20,000 bases of DNA from an uncultured virus (IMG/VR IMGVR_UViG_3300023174_000069) (IMGVR_UViG_3300023174_000069), one strand, 5' to 3'; positions 6,617-15,995 are shown, counted from the stretch's first letter. Numbers and translations: made by a program. Notes: generated by a model from the sequence alone, not told the origin.

Positions 6617-9280
6617 TTAGGTCTGCCAAGCTCTCTGAGCCGTAGGCCTCATCGACGAAGTTCCAACGTCATTAGGTCGACTTGCTGGAGTCTGTCCTCC
6701 ACCCGACACACTTGTTGCATTATTTGTATTATTAATTACTGTAGCTTGTGGTTGAGCGGAACTAGCAGACTTTTTATTTACCATATCATAGTTTGCAGGA
6801 ATAACCGCAGCACCACTCATGTCGGGATTAAGACTTGCAGTTACTACTGGTGCAGATGGTTGTATTTGCTCCGGTCTTAAAACACCACTGGCTGATATTT
6901 TTCCAGAAGCCATTTCTCCTTTAAGTTGCTGTGCATACTGAGCCCTTCTGAGATTTTCTTGAGCGCCACCCGCATGACCTGTAGCCTTGGCTACTTGATT
7001 TATATTCGTATAGTCAAACTTAGATTTTCTATCTGCATAATATTGAGCAGATATTTTAGCAGCTATTTGAGGATCATTAGCAAGATCTGGATTGCTAATC
7101 AGATCTACTCCTAGTTTTTTACTCATAGCTGTATAATTGTCTTTTCCGGTTAATTGAACTAGACCACGTCCTCGATATTTGTATCCTTCATCACCGGCGT
7201 TACCCATTCTTCCACCATAGATTAAATTTCCTACAGCTTCTGGACCTTTATCGACTATTGCTTGAGCTTCTTCTAAACTTCTGACTCGCACCTTATTTCC
7301 ACTTCCTGGACCATATAATTTCATAAGTGTTTTTGCGGAGTAATTTAAATTTTCGCTTTGAGCTTTAAATCCAGACTCTGCTTGTAAGTTAGCTAGAATA
7401 TTTGCTTGAGCATCTGGATCTGTTATTCCCTTTGCTTGTAGTTCTGCCAACACCGCACTCTTTGTTTCATCTTTCGATAGATTTGTTCCACCGGGTGTTA
7501 TACCTCCAGAACCTATCATAGGTGTTACAGGACTGGTTTGACTACCAACATTAGTTCCTCCGGCACTTTGAACTACCCCACGCTCTGCTTGTTTGGTTTG
7601 TCTGAGTTCCTGTCTAGCTTCTTTTGCGCTCTGTTGTTTTTGTCTTTGAGTGCTTAGATTGGCTCGTCTCTTTTGAGAATTTTCTTCTCTTTGTTGTATA
7701 CTATCATTTCTCTCCTGCATTCTGCTTTCAATTTGTTTTTTCTCTTGATCGAGAGAATCAACTACAGAATTGGCACCAGGGATCCAATCTGCAATTTTTT
7801 TGACCCATTCTATAACTGACAATTTTATAGAGTCTACAATATTTAATACTTTGTCAATCATACTTCTGGCATTTCCCCACATATCGGAGAAAAAGTTTTT
7901 CATCATATCAAACCCGTTGTTGAAATTGTCTGATATCCAATAGCCAAATTCATCGAAGAATCCCGCTATGTTTTCTCCTCCTATCCACCCCATCAATCCA
8001 CCAATCAGAGCACCAATAAGTCCTCCGATCGCAGTTCCTATAACTGGTATAAAACTTCCGATGCCGGCTCCCATGAGTGCCCATTTACCCATGTTTGCTA
8101 TGGTTCTTTTTACTTGATTGTCTCCGGTGCCACCAAAAAATCCGCCTATAAATCCTGAGATTTTACTCACACCCCAATCTTCAGATTTTAACCATCCTGT
8201 GATACCATCTACCGTAGCCCAAACCAATCCTGTGACGAGAGCTGTAGTTCCACTAAACAAAACTTTGCTTAGACTACCCATGGCTCCTTTAGCCACTCCA
8301 CCTATTCCTTTCATATCGGGCATCATCGAGCCCATTTTTCCTAAAAGACCTCCACCAGCTTTAGATGTTTGTGCTCCGGCTTGAGACGATGCTCCAGGAA
8401 AAAGACCCCCACCTTCCATCGAACCTTCTGCTCTATCAAGAGCAAGTTGGTCTTGTAAATCTGCTTGTGTTTGTGATGCTTGAACTAATTTTTGTACATC
8501 GGATGCTATATGCTCTATTGGTTTAAGCTGATCTATTATGATTAATAAAGATTCTGCGATGAAATGAACATCACTTGCTATAACACTTGAATTATTTCCA
8601 TAACTTGGTCCAGACTCTTGTACTAGAGACTCTGATAGATACCCAGATTCTCCACCAAATGGTGCCTTAGGAAGATCAAATCCTTCTGGTGCTGGAGTAT
8701 CACTCTCAGAAGGGAATCCTTCTGGTGTAGTGGATGTAGTTTGCAAAGAAGATCCGTATAAAGATCGAGCATCTCCTTTGATTATATCTTTTTGCTCTTT
8801 GCTTCTCTGCATCTTGTCTTTTACTAGCTGCGATATTTTACCACCAGCCATGACAGCAAGTTGCACAACAGGATTATTTTTAGTCATTCCTAATAGACTA
8901 TCACCCAAGTGTGGAGCTATTTTTGATATTGCTCCACTAGCCTTGCTAAGAACTTTTCTCTTTTCGTCTATGTGCTTTTGAATTGCAAACGTAACTCTTG
9001 AGATACAAGATCGCAATACACCAGATTCTTCTTGACCTAATTCGGCTTTTTCTAAATTTTTGTTTAGTTCTTCCGCTCTTTTAATTCTGTGTTTTAATCC
9101 ATCTAATGAGTCTGATTCGGCTCCATCAAGTATTTGTTTAATTACATTTAATATTGCAGAACCAACGTCACTCTGAACATCTTTGACCGACTCAATATCT
9201 TCTGTCACACCAGCGTAAGGTCTTTCATTTTTGTCTGACAGATCGTGAATATCTTTTAGTAATTTATTTTTTAAATCCAT
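6617..9280 (-). CDS. Tape-measure/baseplate-hub-like virion protein (gp29-like position) with C-terminal GH19 lysozyme/chitinase-like domain
   Basis: Helical N-terminus, Gly-rich hydrophobic stretch (GAGIGSFIPVIGTAIGGLIGALIGG), coiled coil, then ESGF..ENLNYS..YGGRMGN..DEGYKYRGRGLVQLTGKDNY; follows gp26/gp51. Confidence 0.8.
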   Translation of the reverse strand: MDLKNKLLKDIHDLSDKNERPYAGVTEDIESVKDVQSDVGSAILNVIKQILDGAESDSLDGLKHRIKRAEELNKNLEKAELGQEESGVLRSCISRVTFAIQKHIDEKRKVLSKASGAISKIAPHLGDSLLGMTKNNPVVQLAVMAGGKISQLVKDKMQRSKEQKDIIKGDARSLYGSSLQTTSTTPEGFPSESDTPAPEGFDLPKAPFGGESGYLSESLVQESGPSYGNNSSVIASDVHFIAESLLIIIDQLKPIEHIASDVQKLVQASQTQADLQDQLALDRAEGSMEGGGLFPGASSQAGAQTSKAGGGLLGKMGSMMPDMKGIGGVAKGAMGSLSKVLFSGTTALVTGLVWATVDGITGWLKSEDWGVSKISGFIGGFFGGTGDNQVKRTIANMGKWALMGAGIGSFIPVIGTAIGGLIGALIGGLMGWIGGENIAGFFDEFGYWISDNFNNGFDMMKNFFSDMWGNARSMIDKVLNIVDSIKLSVIEWVKKIADWIPGANSVVDSLDQEKKQIESRMQERNDSIQQREENSQKRRANLSTQRQKQQSAKEARQELRQTKQAERGVVQSAGGTNVGSQTSPVTPMIGSGGITPGGTNLSKDETKSAVLAELQAKGITDPDAQANILANLQAESGFKAQSENLNYSAKTLMKLYGPGSGNKVRVRSLEEAQAIVDKGPEAVGNLIYGGRMGNAGDEGYKYRGRGLVQLTGKDNYTAMSKKLGVDLISNPDLANDPQIAAKISAQYYADRKSKFDYTNINQVAKATGHAGGAQENLRRAQYAQQLKGEMASGKISASGVLRPEQIQPSAPVVTASLNPDMSGAAVIPANYDMVNKKSASSAQPQATVINNTNNATSVSGGGQTPASRPNDVGTSSMRPTAQRAWQT

Positions 9281-9387
9281 TATTCGTCAGCCTTTTTTCC
9301 ATCTTTGCACCACTTATCGTCGAGAGTAGAAAACCCAACATACGCTCCTACTATAACTTCTTTTATAGAAAGTTGACTTGTTTCCAT
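9280..9387 (-). CDS. Possible 35-aa ORF (METSQLSIKEVIVGAYVGFSTLDDKWCKDGKKADE), not in the ORF track
   Basis: Its TAA overlaps the next ATG (TAATG); in frame with gp51. Confidence 0.4.
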   Translation of the reverse strand: METSQLSIKEVIVGAYVGFSTLDDKWCKDGKKADE

Positions 9388-9411
9388 GAGCTTGCATAGA
9401 GATACACAAGT

Positions 9412-9585
9412 CTATTTAGTCTTATTTCTGGTCTCCTGATCCTTTAGAAAAGACGCTAACATATCAACATAGATATCTAATTCGTATGGAACCATGCTTT
9501 CCAATTCTGTTAGAGAATATTTGTGATGCTGAATCATACTGAATAGAGTCTGGTATAAAATAGCCAGATTTGTGTGATTCAGCAT
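9412..9585 (-). CDS. gp51: Baseplate hub assembly protein gp51-like (57 aa, not in the ORF track)
   Basis: MLNHTNLAILYQTLFSMIQHHKYSLTELESMVPYELDIYVDML matches the short QHHKYSLTE.E.M.P.E..IY family found after gp26; TAATG overlap with gp26. Confidence 0.88.
   Translation of the reverse strand: MLNHTNLAILYQTLFSMIQHHKYSLTELESMVPYELDIYVDMLASFLKDQETRNKTK
9413..9419 (-). promoter_or_regulatory. Putative late promoter (CTAAATA)
   Basis: Overlaps the gp51 stop, upstream of the tape-measure-like gene. Confidence 0.45.
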
Positions 9586-10316
9586 TAGGCGAAAAAATTT
9601 TCTAACCCCGTCAGAACAAAGTCTTGTTCAAACTCACAGCTTTTACATTTTACATTTATCTTTTGCTGCAATTTTGGCATAGATGTTAAAAATTGCTCTA
9701 TTTTGATAAACTGCTGAGAGTTCAAAGATTCCAAAAAATCTAGCCCTTCTTTAAGACTGACATCTTTGGTAGAAATTACCTTATCATCGTCGTACACACA
9801 CTCGATACAAGACCAAATGATATTAAAAAAATCATTGGGGTCAGAACTCTTTTTGGCAGTTTCTATTTTTCCCAACATCTTAGTTGTGGGATATCTTAGC
9901 ATGAGCCCAATTTTATCAGTCAACTGAACTTTTTTTTCTGGTAAATTAGAAACATCAACTGCGGCTTCTCTAAGATTGATTTCTACTTCTCGATGCTTTT
10001 TACAATCTGAGCAATTAGTGTTTTCTCTGGGCATAAATCGAATTTTTGTTGAGTCTCCCACAGAAACAATTCTAAGTTGAAGAATCAGATATTCTAAATC
10101 AAAAATTTCTAGCTTATCAATATCTATACCAGGAGTTACAATACAGTTATTTACAATCTGTTTTGTTGCTGTTGCTATATCTTCGGGATCTTCTCCGGTG
10201 AGAGCAGTCAGAAGAATTTTTTGCTCTTTTACTAGAAATGGTCGAATAGTAATTTCCTTCTTTGTCGAAGGTATTACTGCTTGGTGTGTAGCTACGTCAA
10301 TTTTTGGTAAATTCAT
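9585..10316 (-). CDS. gp26: Baseplate hub subunit gp26
   Basis: LPKI..PST....IRPFLVKEQKILL, FDLEYL.LQLR..SVG, Cys pairs, C-terminal GLENFF; GGAG SD. Confidence 0.92.
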   Translation of the reverse strand: MNLPKIDVATHQAVIPSTKKEITIRPFLVKEQKILLTALTGEDPEDIATATKQIVNNCIVTPGIDIDKLEIFDLEYLILQLRIVSVGDSTKIRFMPRENTNCSDCKKHREVEINLREAAVDVSNLPEKKVQLTDKIGLMLRYPTTKMLGKIETAKKSSDPNDFFNIIWSCIECVYDDDKVISTKDVSLKEGLDFLESLNSQQFIKIEQFLTSMPKLQQKINVKCKSCEFEQDFVLTGLENFFA

Positions 10317-10343
10317 ATAAACTCCATTGTATACGATTAATTA

Positions 10344-10354
10344 TATTTATTTAG
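10344..10354 (-). promoter_or_regulatory. Putative late promoter (CTAAATAAATA)
   Basis: Overlapping CTAAATA/ATAAATA about 28 nt upstream of gp26. Confidence 0.55.
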
Positions 10355-11022
10355 ATAATAGGAATAATAGGAGTTCTTCTAGTAATAGGGTTGGGGTTTA
10401 GTGGGTTAGTTACTCCCGGGTCTCCAGGAAATATATTATCCAATGTACAAAGCCATCTAGCATATTCAAATTCAACAGTCACTTTAAGATATTCATCTCC
10501 GCCAGAATAACTTAATTCTTGTTCTGAAATGGATTTAGGATACGCCTCTTCTAAAATGTAAGTTGCTAATACTTGACCTACTTTAGATATCGCATCATTA
10601 TCATTACTGGTTTTTTGAATAATAACTTGTCCTACATAATCTTTATAGTATTCCATGTATTGAGATGTTGGAGAAATAATAAATTGGTGCCAAACATCAA
10701 AAAAGGATCTTTCTACCATAGAGTTTGTGCATATAAAAGTGATAGAAACTGGTGCATACACCACTCCATATGGCATTTCTCTTTTTGTTCCAAACATTTT
10801 ATGAGGTGTTGTCATTAGTTGGCGACCCGGCAAAACTGCGGTTTCGGCCAATAATGATACTTGTCGTGCTGCATATAATGATAAAGCCGTTCCTATAGGT
10901 CCTAAATTTCCTGTAGGAGATACCATAGAAGATGGTGGAATAATAGAACATATGTAATGACAAGGCTGTGCTGGTCCCGCCGACTTGTTAAGTATTGATT
11001 TTATAGTTTTGATATCAGTCAT
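10351..11022 (-). CDS. gp54: Tail-tube-like baseplate subunit (gp54-like / gp19 fold)
   Basis: AVLPGRQL.T, MPYG..Y..VSITF, FFDVW, YYKDY, EAYPKSI, VTVEFEY. Start ATG 11022 overlaps the gp2 stop (ATGA). Confidence 0.75.
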   Translation of the reverse strand: MTDIKTIKSILNKSAGPAQPCHYICSIIPPSSMVSPTGNLGPIGTALSLYAARQVSLLAETAVLPGRQLMTTPHKMFGTKREMPYGVVYAPVSITFICTNSMVERSFFDVWHQFIISPTSQYMEYYKDYVGQVIIQKTSNDNDAISKVGQVLATYILEEAYPKSISEQELSYSGGDEYLKVTVEFEYARWLCTLDNIFPGDPGVTNPLNPNPITRRTPIIPII

Positions 11023-11618
11023 GGTATCTCGTTTTCGGAGTCTGTCCAAACTTTTTGTCTTTTTGCACCCACAAATTTTTCTGTAGGTAAAAATAGTGCA
11101 AAATCCCATTCCGAAGGTAAAAGAGTATAAAACATGGTTCCTATATTTCTAGTTCTATATCTTTTTATGCAAGGTTTATACATCGATAATTTACTGGTAC
11201 TTTTCAGTATTTTATATGACATATTTATTTTGAAGGTTTCGTCTTTTTTAGAGAATGTTTGATATTTGTATAGTCTATCCATAAACCAAGCACGATATTT
11301 AGGAGAAAGATAATGAAAGTTAAGACCCAAAAAACCATCGGGCAAAATCTTTAATACTAAAACCAAAGGATACAAATCATAATACGGTAGTGTGTTGGCC
11401 AATTTAGGATTATATCTGAAGGTAACTATATTACCTATCTGCGGTTTATTTGGATATCTATTCTTATCAAATAAAGTCTGAGGATCAATGTTTTTATCAC
11501 CAAACTCGGCAAAGATTTTTTTTCTGTACCACTCAAGAGCGTCTCCGGTTCTTTGTTTGAAAACATTCTTGTCAGCTATCGCTGCTATACGCTCAAATAG
11601 TGGTGCTGTATCTTTCAT
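11019..11618 (-). CDS. gp2: DNA end protector gp2
   Basis: F.YNPK...LPYYD.YPLV, GFLGLNFHYL, KPCIKRY, W..ALFLPTEKF, VW.DS. Confidence 0.93.
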   Translation of the reverse strand: MKDTAPLFERIAAIADKNVFKQRTGDALEWYRKKIFAEFGDKNIDPQTLFDKNRYPNKPQIGNIVTFRYNPKLANTLPYYDLYPLVLVLKILPDGFLGLNFHYLSPKYRAWFMDRLYKYQTFSKKDETFKINMSYKILKSTSKLSMYKPCIKRYRTRNIGTMFYTLLPSEWDFALFLPTEKFVGAKRQKVWTDSENEIP

Positions 11619-11619
11619 T

Positions 11620-11630
11620 TATTTATTTAT
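11620..11630 (-). promoter_or_regulatory. Putative late promoter (ATAAATAAATA)
   Basis: Fills almost the whole 12-nt gap between gp4 and gp2. Confidence 0.5.
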
Positions 11631-12074
11631 TCATTTTCCAAGAATCTTTATGCCTAAATCCTTTAGTGTATTTTCTGTCCATACTTGAAAGATTATATTC
11701 TTGGATTTAGCATGATCATTAGCTGCTTTCCATTTGGCTTGATTCTTTACATATTGAAACACTTCTGTGACATATCTTTTGCTGGTCTTGCTCGGTTTTT
11801 CGGGAAGTTTTGTGTATTTTTCGGGTTTTAATTCTATCCAATAGGTTTGTCCTGTTTGGAATGTAATAGTAAAATCTACGAAATAGCGATGGATAGCATT
11901 GTCGGTGGGACATAAATATGGAATGACTAATTCTTCGGAAGACCACTGTTTTATAGATGAGTTATTATCACACCACATCATGACAGAAAATTCCCACGAG
12001 GAGCGATAATATACATTAGTGATGTCACCAATGTATTTGTTTGGATTTTTAATTTTAAATCGGCCTTGATGCAT
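11631..12074 (-). CDS. gp4: Head completion protein gp4 (PD-(D/E)xK nuclease fold)
   Basis: GRF..KNP.KY.GD..YRSSWE..WCD.N..WSSEE..IPY..HRYFVDF..IELKP..NQAKWKAA. Confidence 0.95.
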   Translation of the reverse strand: MHQGRFKIKNPNKYIGDITNVYYRSSWEFSVMMWCDNNSSIKQWSSEELVIPYLCPTDNAIHRYFVDFTITFQTGQTYWIELKPEKYTKLPEKPSKTSKRYVTEVFQYVKNQAKWKAANDHAKSKNIIFQVWTENTLKDLGIKILGK

Positions 12075-12076
12075 AT

Positions 12077-13030
12077 ATGTCTAAGGGATATTTAGAGTTT
12101 ATAAAAAAGATGGCCGGTGCGGCCGATATAGTAAATAAAATTGTCGCCGCAGGCGCTGCTACAGGAAATTTAAATCCAGCGGCAGGTGCAGACATACAAG
12201 CTAATCTTGATCCTGACGCAGGAACAAAATTAGAAAGCAAGAACACAGAAGATGAGCAGTGGATGAAAGATAAGGGTGCTCTTATCTACCCACAAAATTT
12301 ATTTACCCCTGGACTGCAAGCATACATTTTATTTTTGATGAGAGATTCTAATCTTAGAAGCACCACGGTATACAAAAGAATTGGGATGTATATGCCTCCA
12401 GCCATAAAGGTTTCTTATGGTTCTAATTGGGAGGAAATTAATATGCCAGTTTCTCAAGCCGTAGATATGGGAAAAGATGTGGTTGATGCCGCAGGCAGCG
12501 CATTTGGTGGAACTTCCGCAGAAAAATCGTCGGCTGTTGATCTTGCATCAAATATCGCAACTTCAGGCGCAGCTAATATGGCTGACATGGCTACCGGGGG
12601 TGAAGCCTTCGGTAATTACCGAGATGTTCAAACTAGAAACACTACAAATCCTCATCAAGCTCTTCTTTTTAAAGGTGTCAGTTTTCGTGAATTTCAATTT
12701 AGTTTTGAGTTGTTAGCTAGAAGTCCAGAAGAAAGCGATAGCATACGACAAATAATAAAAACATTTAAGTGGGGTATGCATCCAGGAGGTGAACAAGATG
12801 CTTCATTTTGGTCTTATCCCAATACATTTGATGTTTATCTTCTAACACCTTCACACAAATATATGTTTAATATTTCTCAGTGTGTACTAACAAACATGGA
12901 AGTTGATTATGGCGGTTCTGGCGCCGCCAGTTTTTTCAAAAATACAGGAGCCCCAGTACATATAAATCTTAGTTTATCATTCAAAGAACTTTCAGTTCTT
13001 ACCAAAAAACTTATCGAAGCCGATTATTAG
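12077..13030 (+). CDS. gp48: Baseplate tail-tube cap gp48
   Basis: LIYP, MYMP, NPHQALLFKGVSFREFQFSFEL.ARS.EE...I..IIK.FK..MHP, CVLTNMEVDY, LSLSFKEL. Confidence 0.9.
   Translation: MSKGYLEFIKKMAGAADIVNKIVAAGAATGNLNPAAGADIQANLDPDAGTKLESKNTEDEQWMKDKGALIYPQNLFTPGLQAYILFLMRDSNLRSTTVYKRIGMYMPPAIKVSYGSNWEEINMPVSQAVDMGKDVVDAAGSAFGGTSAEKSSAVDLASNIATSGAANMADMATGGEAFGNYRDVQTRNTTNPHQALLFKGVSFREFQFSFELLARSPEESDSIRQIIKTFKWGMHPGGEQDASFWSYPNTFDVYLLTPSHKYMFNISQCVLTNMEVDYGGSGAASFFKNTGAPVHINLSLSFKELSVLTKKLIEADY
12089..12095 (-). promoter_or_regulatory. Putative late promoter for gp4, located inside gp48
   Basis: CTAAATA on the minus strand, 14 nt upstream of the gp4 ATG. Confidence 0.55.
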
Positions 13031-13032
13031 TT

Positions 13033-13563
13033 ATGAAGCATTTTGCATATTATCCTAAAATTGAATATGGCAACGAGTTAGCTGTCAATTTAATGATTAG
13101 AGGAAAAATTCGTGACGCCATATTAGAAAAATCCGCACTATACTATAGGTACATTATACAAGATGGTGATAGAGCCGACATAATTTCTACAAAATATTAT
13201 GGAAACCCCAGCTATACATGGGCTATATTCTATGCTAACAATATGTTTCATCCAATACATGATTGGCCTTTGTCGCAGCTTTACTTTGCAAAATATTTAG
13301 AAAGCAAGTATGGTTCCATAGATAATACATATAGAAGTCCTCCACATCACTATGAATATGTGGATCAAGAAAAAAATGTTTATGTAATAGATAAAAAAAC
13401 CTACGATCTTTATAAGACCGATCGAGATTTTCCAAAAGAAGTTAAAGAAGTATCATTTTTTGAATACGAATATCGATTAAACGAAAACAAAAGACATATT
13501 ATAGTCTTAGATAAAGCATATCTCATGAACATAACCAACGAGCTAAAAAATCTATTTAAATAA
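13033..13563 (+). CDS. gp53: Baseplate wedge subunit gp53 (LysM-like)
   Basis: F..YPKI.Y, Y.IQDGDRAD.IS.KYYG....WAI..AN, DWPL, HHYE, EYE..LNE.KR.I. Confidence 0.92.
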   Translation: MKHFAYYPKIEYGNELAVNLMIRGKIRDAILEKSALYYRYIIQDGDRADIISTKYYGNPSYTWAIFYANNMFHPIHDWPLSQLYFAKYLESKYGSIDNTYRSPPHHYEYVDQEKNVYVIDKKTYDLYKTDRDFPKEVKEVSFFEYEYRLNENKRHIIVLDKAYLMNITNELKNLFK

Positions 13564-13568
13564 GCATC

Positions 13569-15002
13569 ATGACTAATGCAGAGCTTCCTCGTAATGAAAA
13601 TGACTATATTTTAAATTATGTGAAGATAATTTCACATGATGGAAAAGAATATGATTTTTCGTCTCATTTTTTACAATTTACTTATGAAGAAGGAATTTTC
13701 AACGTTGGTGTTCACGGTTCCTTATTTGCTTTAGATGCGGTCGATTATCCCACTTTGTTACCTTTAATCGGTGAAGAAAAGATTAAAATTTCTTTTACTC
13801 GTCAAGATGAAAAAGCAGAAAATGGTGGTAAGTTAGACCCCATAGAATTTGAATTGCCCATTTATAAAATGGATGGTCAAACACAAGATGCAGGTTCAAG
13901 AAAGCGTCAGGTATATACTCTGTATTTCGGATCAAAATCTATGTTTAAGAACTTAAACACTAGAGTTTTTAAGGCTTACAAAAATATACCATATTCTGAG
14001 ATGATTGAAAAAATATATGATACTTATTTAAAAGACGATAAACCACTAAAAGGTGGTCCAGGAAATACTACCCCCGAAAAAACAAAATATCCTCAGACGT
14101 ACATAGTTCAAAATATGTCTCCAGCCAAGGCCATCTCAAAGTTGTCTGCAAGATCCATTTCAGAAGAAAAAAATGGATACTATTTTGTATTTTATGAAGA
14201 TAGAGATCAATTTAATTTTGTAACGTTGAGCAAGTTAGCCAAACAAGATCCTATTTCTACACTCAAATATAAATTAAAGAATGTTGCTGAACAGACTGAG
14301 GGTATGCAACACAAGCCAAAGAATCTTGAAGAAGATTTATACAACACAGAAACCGTCAAAAATGATAATGGCTTTGATATGCTTAAATCAGCCATGTCTG
14401 GTGAAGGTTCGTCTAGCTTGTTTTCTGTAGATCCCATCAGAAGAAAGTTTTCGTTAAAAGCATTTGATCTTCGAGGAGAAGCATCAACTTCTCAGCATAA
14501 GCTACCATTAGTATCAGAATCTAATTATGATGCCATCCCACATATGGGTAAGGGAAAACCATTCAAAGACAATAGTAGAATGTTTGTTGATCCTAGAGCA
14601 AATATGGCCATGCTTATAAGTGATAATGGGCAAGACACTCACGAGTATATTTCTACTAGAGATGCGACTGTTACACCATATAATCCTGAAGATTTCTTTT
14701 TGCAAAGAGAGTCGCAAAAAAATCAAATGTTAAAATATGTGATAAGAACCACACTATCGGGCGATCCCAGAATCAAAGCCGGATGTACTATACAGTTTGA
14801 TATACCAGAATTTTTGGGAAAAATTGGAACTCACGCTCCAGAAGAAAAGAGCAAATATATGCAAGGTAAGTATTTGGTTATTGCCGTGGCCCACATTGTG
14901 GAACGAGGCAAATATCGAATGAATATAGAGATGGTTAAAGACTCCTTCTTTAGCGACATCGAGTCCAGAAATCCCGTCGAGGAATACAAAGATACCTACT
15001 AA
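13569..15002 (+). CDS. Probable baseplate hub protein (gp27-like)
   Basis: Follows gp53; YEE.IF...G.L..LD...LPLIGEE.I.ISF, FVFYE, GD..IKAG..I, GKYLVIAVAH typical of gp27/gpD-like hubs. Confidence 0.65.
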   Translation: MTNAELPRNENDYILNYVKIISHDGKEYDFSSHFLQFTYEEGIFNVGVHGSLFALDAVDYPTLLPLIGEEKIKISFTRQDEKAENGGKLDPIEFELPIYKMDGQTQDAGSRKRQVYTLYFGSKSMFKNLNTRVFKAYKNIPYSEMIEKIYDTYLKDDKPLKGGPGNTTPEKTKYPQTYIVQNMSPAKAISKLSARSISEEKNGYYFVFYEDRDQFNFVTLSKLAKQDPISTLKYKLKNVAEQTEGMQHKPKNLEEDLYNTETVKNDNGFDMLKSAMSGEGSSSLFSVDPIRRKFSLKAFDLRGEASTSQHKLPLVSESNYDAIPHMGKGKPFKDNSRMFVDPRANMAMLISDNGQDTHEYISTRDATVTPYNPEDFFLQRESQKNQMLKYVIRTTLSGDPRIKAGCTIQFDIPEFLGKIGTHAPEEKSKYMQGKYLVIAVAHIVERGKYRMNIEMVKDSFFSDIESRNPVEEYKDTY

Positions 15003-15026
15003 TAGTTTTGTTTCTTCAAAAAATAC

Positions 15027-15066
15027 TAGATTAATTTTTCTGATGTGTTATATTAAGTATAGGAGG
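15027..15066 (+). promoter_or_regulatory. Sigma70-like promoter and SD for the right accessory operon
   Basis: TAGATT, 16 nt, TATATT with extended TG; AGGAGG at 15061-15066. Confidence 0.5.
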
Positions 15067-15079
15067 ATATTAAATCCAA

Positions 15080-15271
15080 ATGTCTAATGAGTCTAATAAA
15101 AAAGTAAAAATGGAAAAAAATAAAACTGAGCTTTCAGAAGAACAAAAAAGAAAGAAGGCTCTCAGAAAGCAGAAAAAACAGATAGAAGAACAAAATAGAT
15201 TTGAAGAAGCTCTTGATGAATTGTTAGAAGATCCTCAAATGTACGAGCTTCTAAAAAAATTGAAAGATTAA
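15080..15271 (+). CDS. Small highly charged protein
   Basis: SD upstream; tightly packed with the next gene. Confidence 0.7.
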   Translation: MSNESNKKVKMEKNKTELSEEQKRKKALRKQKKQIEEQNRFEEALDELLEDPQMYELLKKLKD

Positions 15272-15273
15272 CT

Positions 15274-15693
15274 ATGAGTTATAACACTTTATATTATTTG
15301 GCATCACCCTATACTCATTCTGATCCTGCAATAAAGAAAGCAAGAGCCGAAGCGGTGACTGAAGCTGCTGTGGATTTACTTCGTCACGGAGTATATGTTT
15401 TTGCACCTATTTCTTACAACGAGCCTTGGGAAAAATACAACCTTCCTGGTGACTGGCATTTTTGGAGTGAGTTTGACAAAACGTTCGTATCCCGCTGTGA
15501 TGGAGGAATTATAGTTTTAATGCTTGATGGTTGGGAAAAAAGTGTCGGAGTAACAGCCGAAATAGAATTTGCAAAATCTGTTGGTTTGCCAGTTTATTAT
15601 GCAACAGTAGAGCAAGTTAAAAATGGTCAGTTGTCATTTTTGAATACTGCTTCAAATCCTAAGCCGCTCTTTTGTGCATATCAAAAAATGTAA
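15274..15693 (+). CDS. DUF1937-like protein (nucleoside deoxyribosyltransferase-like fold)
   Basis: YLASPYT, VFAPI, FW..FD, VLMLDGWEKSVGVTAEIEFA...G.PV. Confidence 0.8.
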   Translation: MSYNTLYYLASPYTHSDPAIKKARAEAVTEAAVDLLRHGVYVFAPISYNEPWEKYNLPGDWHFWSEFDKTFVSRCDGGIIVLMLDGWEKSVGVTAEIEFAKSVGLPVYYATVEQVKNGQLSFLNTASNPKPLFCAYQKM

Positions 15694-15701
15694 GGAGTTA
15701 T

Positions 15702-15995
15702 ATGCCATATATAAAACAAGAAAAAAGAGAACAAGTAAATACTCAATTAGGATATTTAATTGATGCAATTACTGATGCATCAGCCGACGACGTTTCTGCA
15801 TTACCTGGTATTCTTAATTATTGCGTAACTGTAATGATTAAAGCCACATATCATGCAGTCACTGGCAAAAAGACTCTTTCATATTCAGATCACAACTCTG
15901 CCGTGGGTATGCTAGAGTGTTGCAAGATGGAATTATATCGCAGAAGTGTTGCTTCATATGAGGATGAAAAGGTGATAGAAAATGGTGATGTATGA
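15702..15995 (+). CDS. Conserved phage protein (probably DUF6899-like)
   Basis: MPYIKQ..R, G.LNY..T, G.LEC.K.E.YRR....YED.K..ENGDV; AAGGAG SD before ATG 15702. Confidence 0.75.
   Translation: MPYIKQEKREQVNTQLGYLIDAITDASADDVSALPGILNYCVTVMIKATYHAVTGKKTLSYSDHNSAVGMLECCKMELYRRSVASYEDEKVIENGDV

Noticed and set aside
738..9290. Other CTGANGA matches (738 on +, ~9290 on -) as a second hammerhead
   Set aside because: No stem II/GAAA/stem III arrangement follows either match.
11023..11109. Upstream extension of the gp54-like ORF
   Set aside because: It lies inside gp2 in another frame; the ATGA overlap at 11019-11022 marks the real start.
1638..13036. Genome-wide TAG recoding (code 15)
   Set aside because: Conserved genes appear full length under the standard code and none is fragmented by TAG; gp48 and gp51 end at plausible positions.
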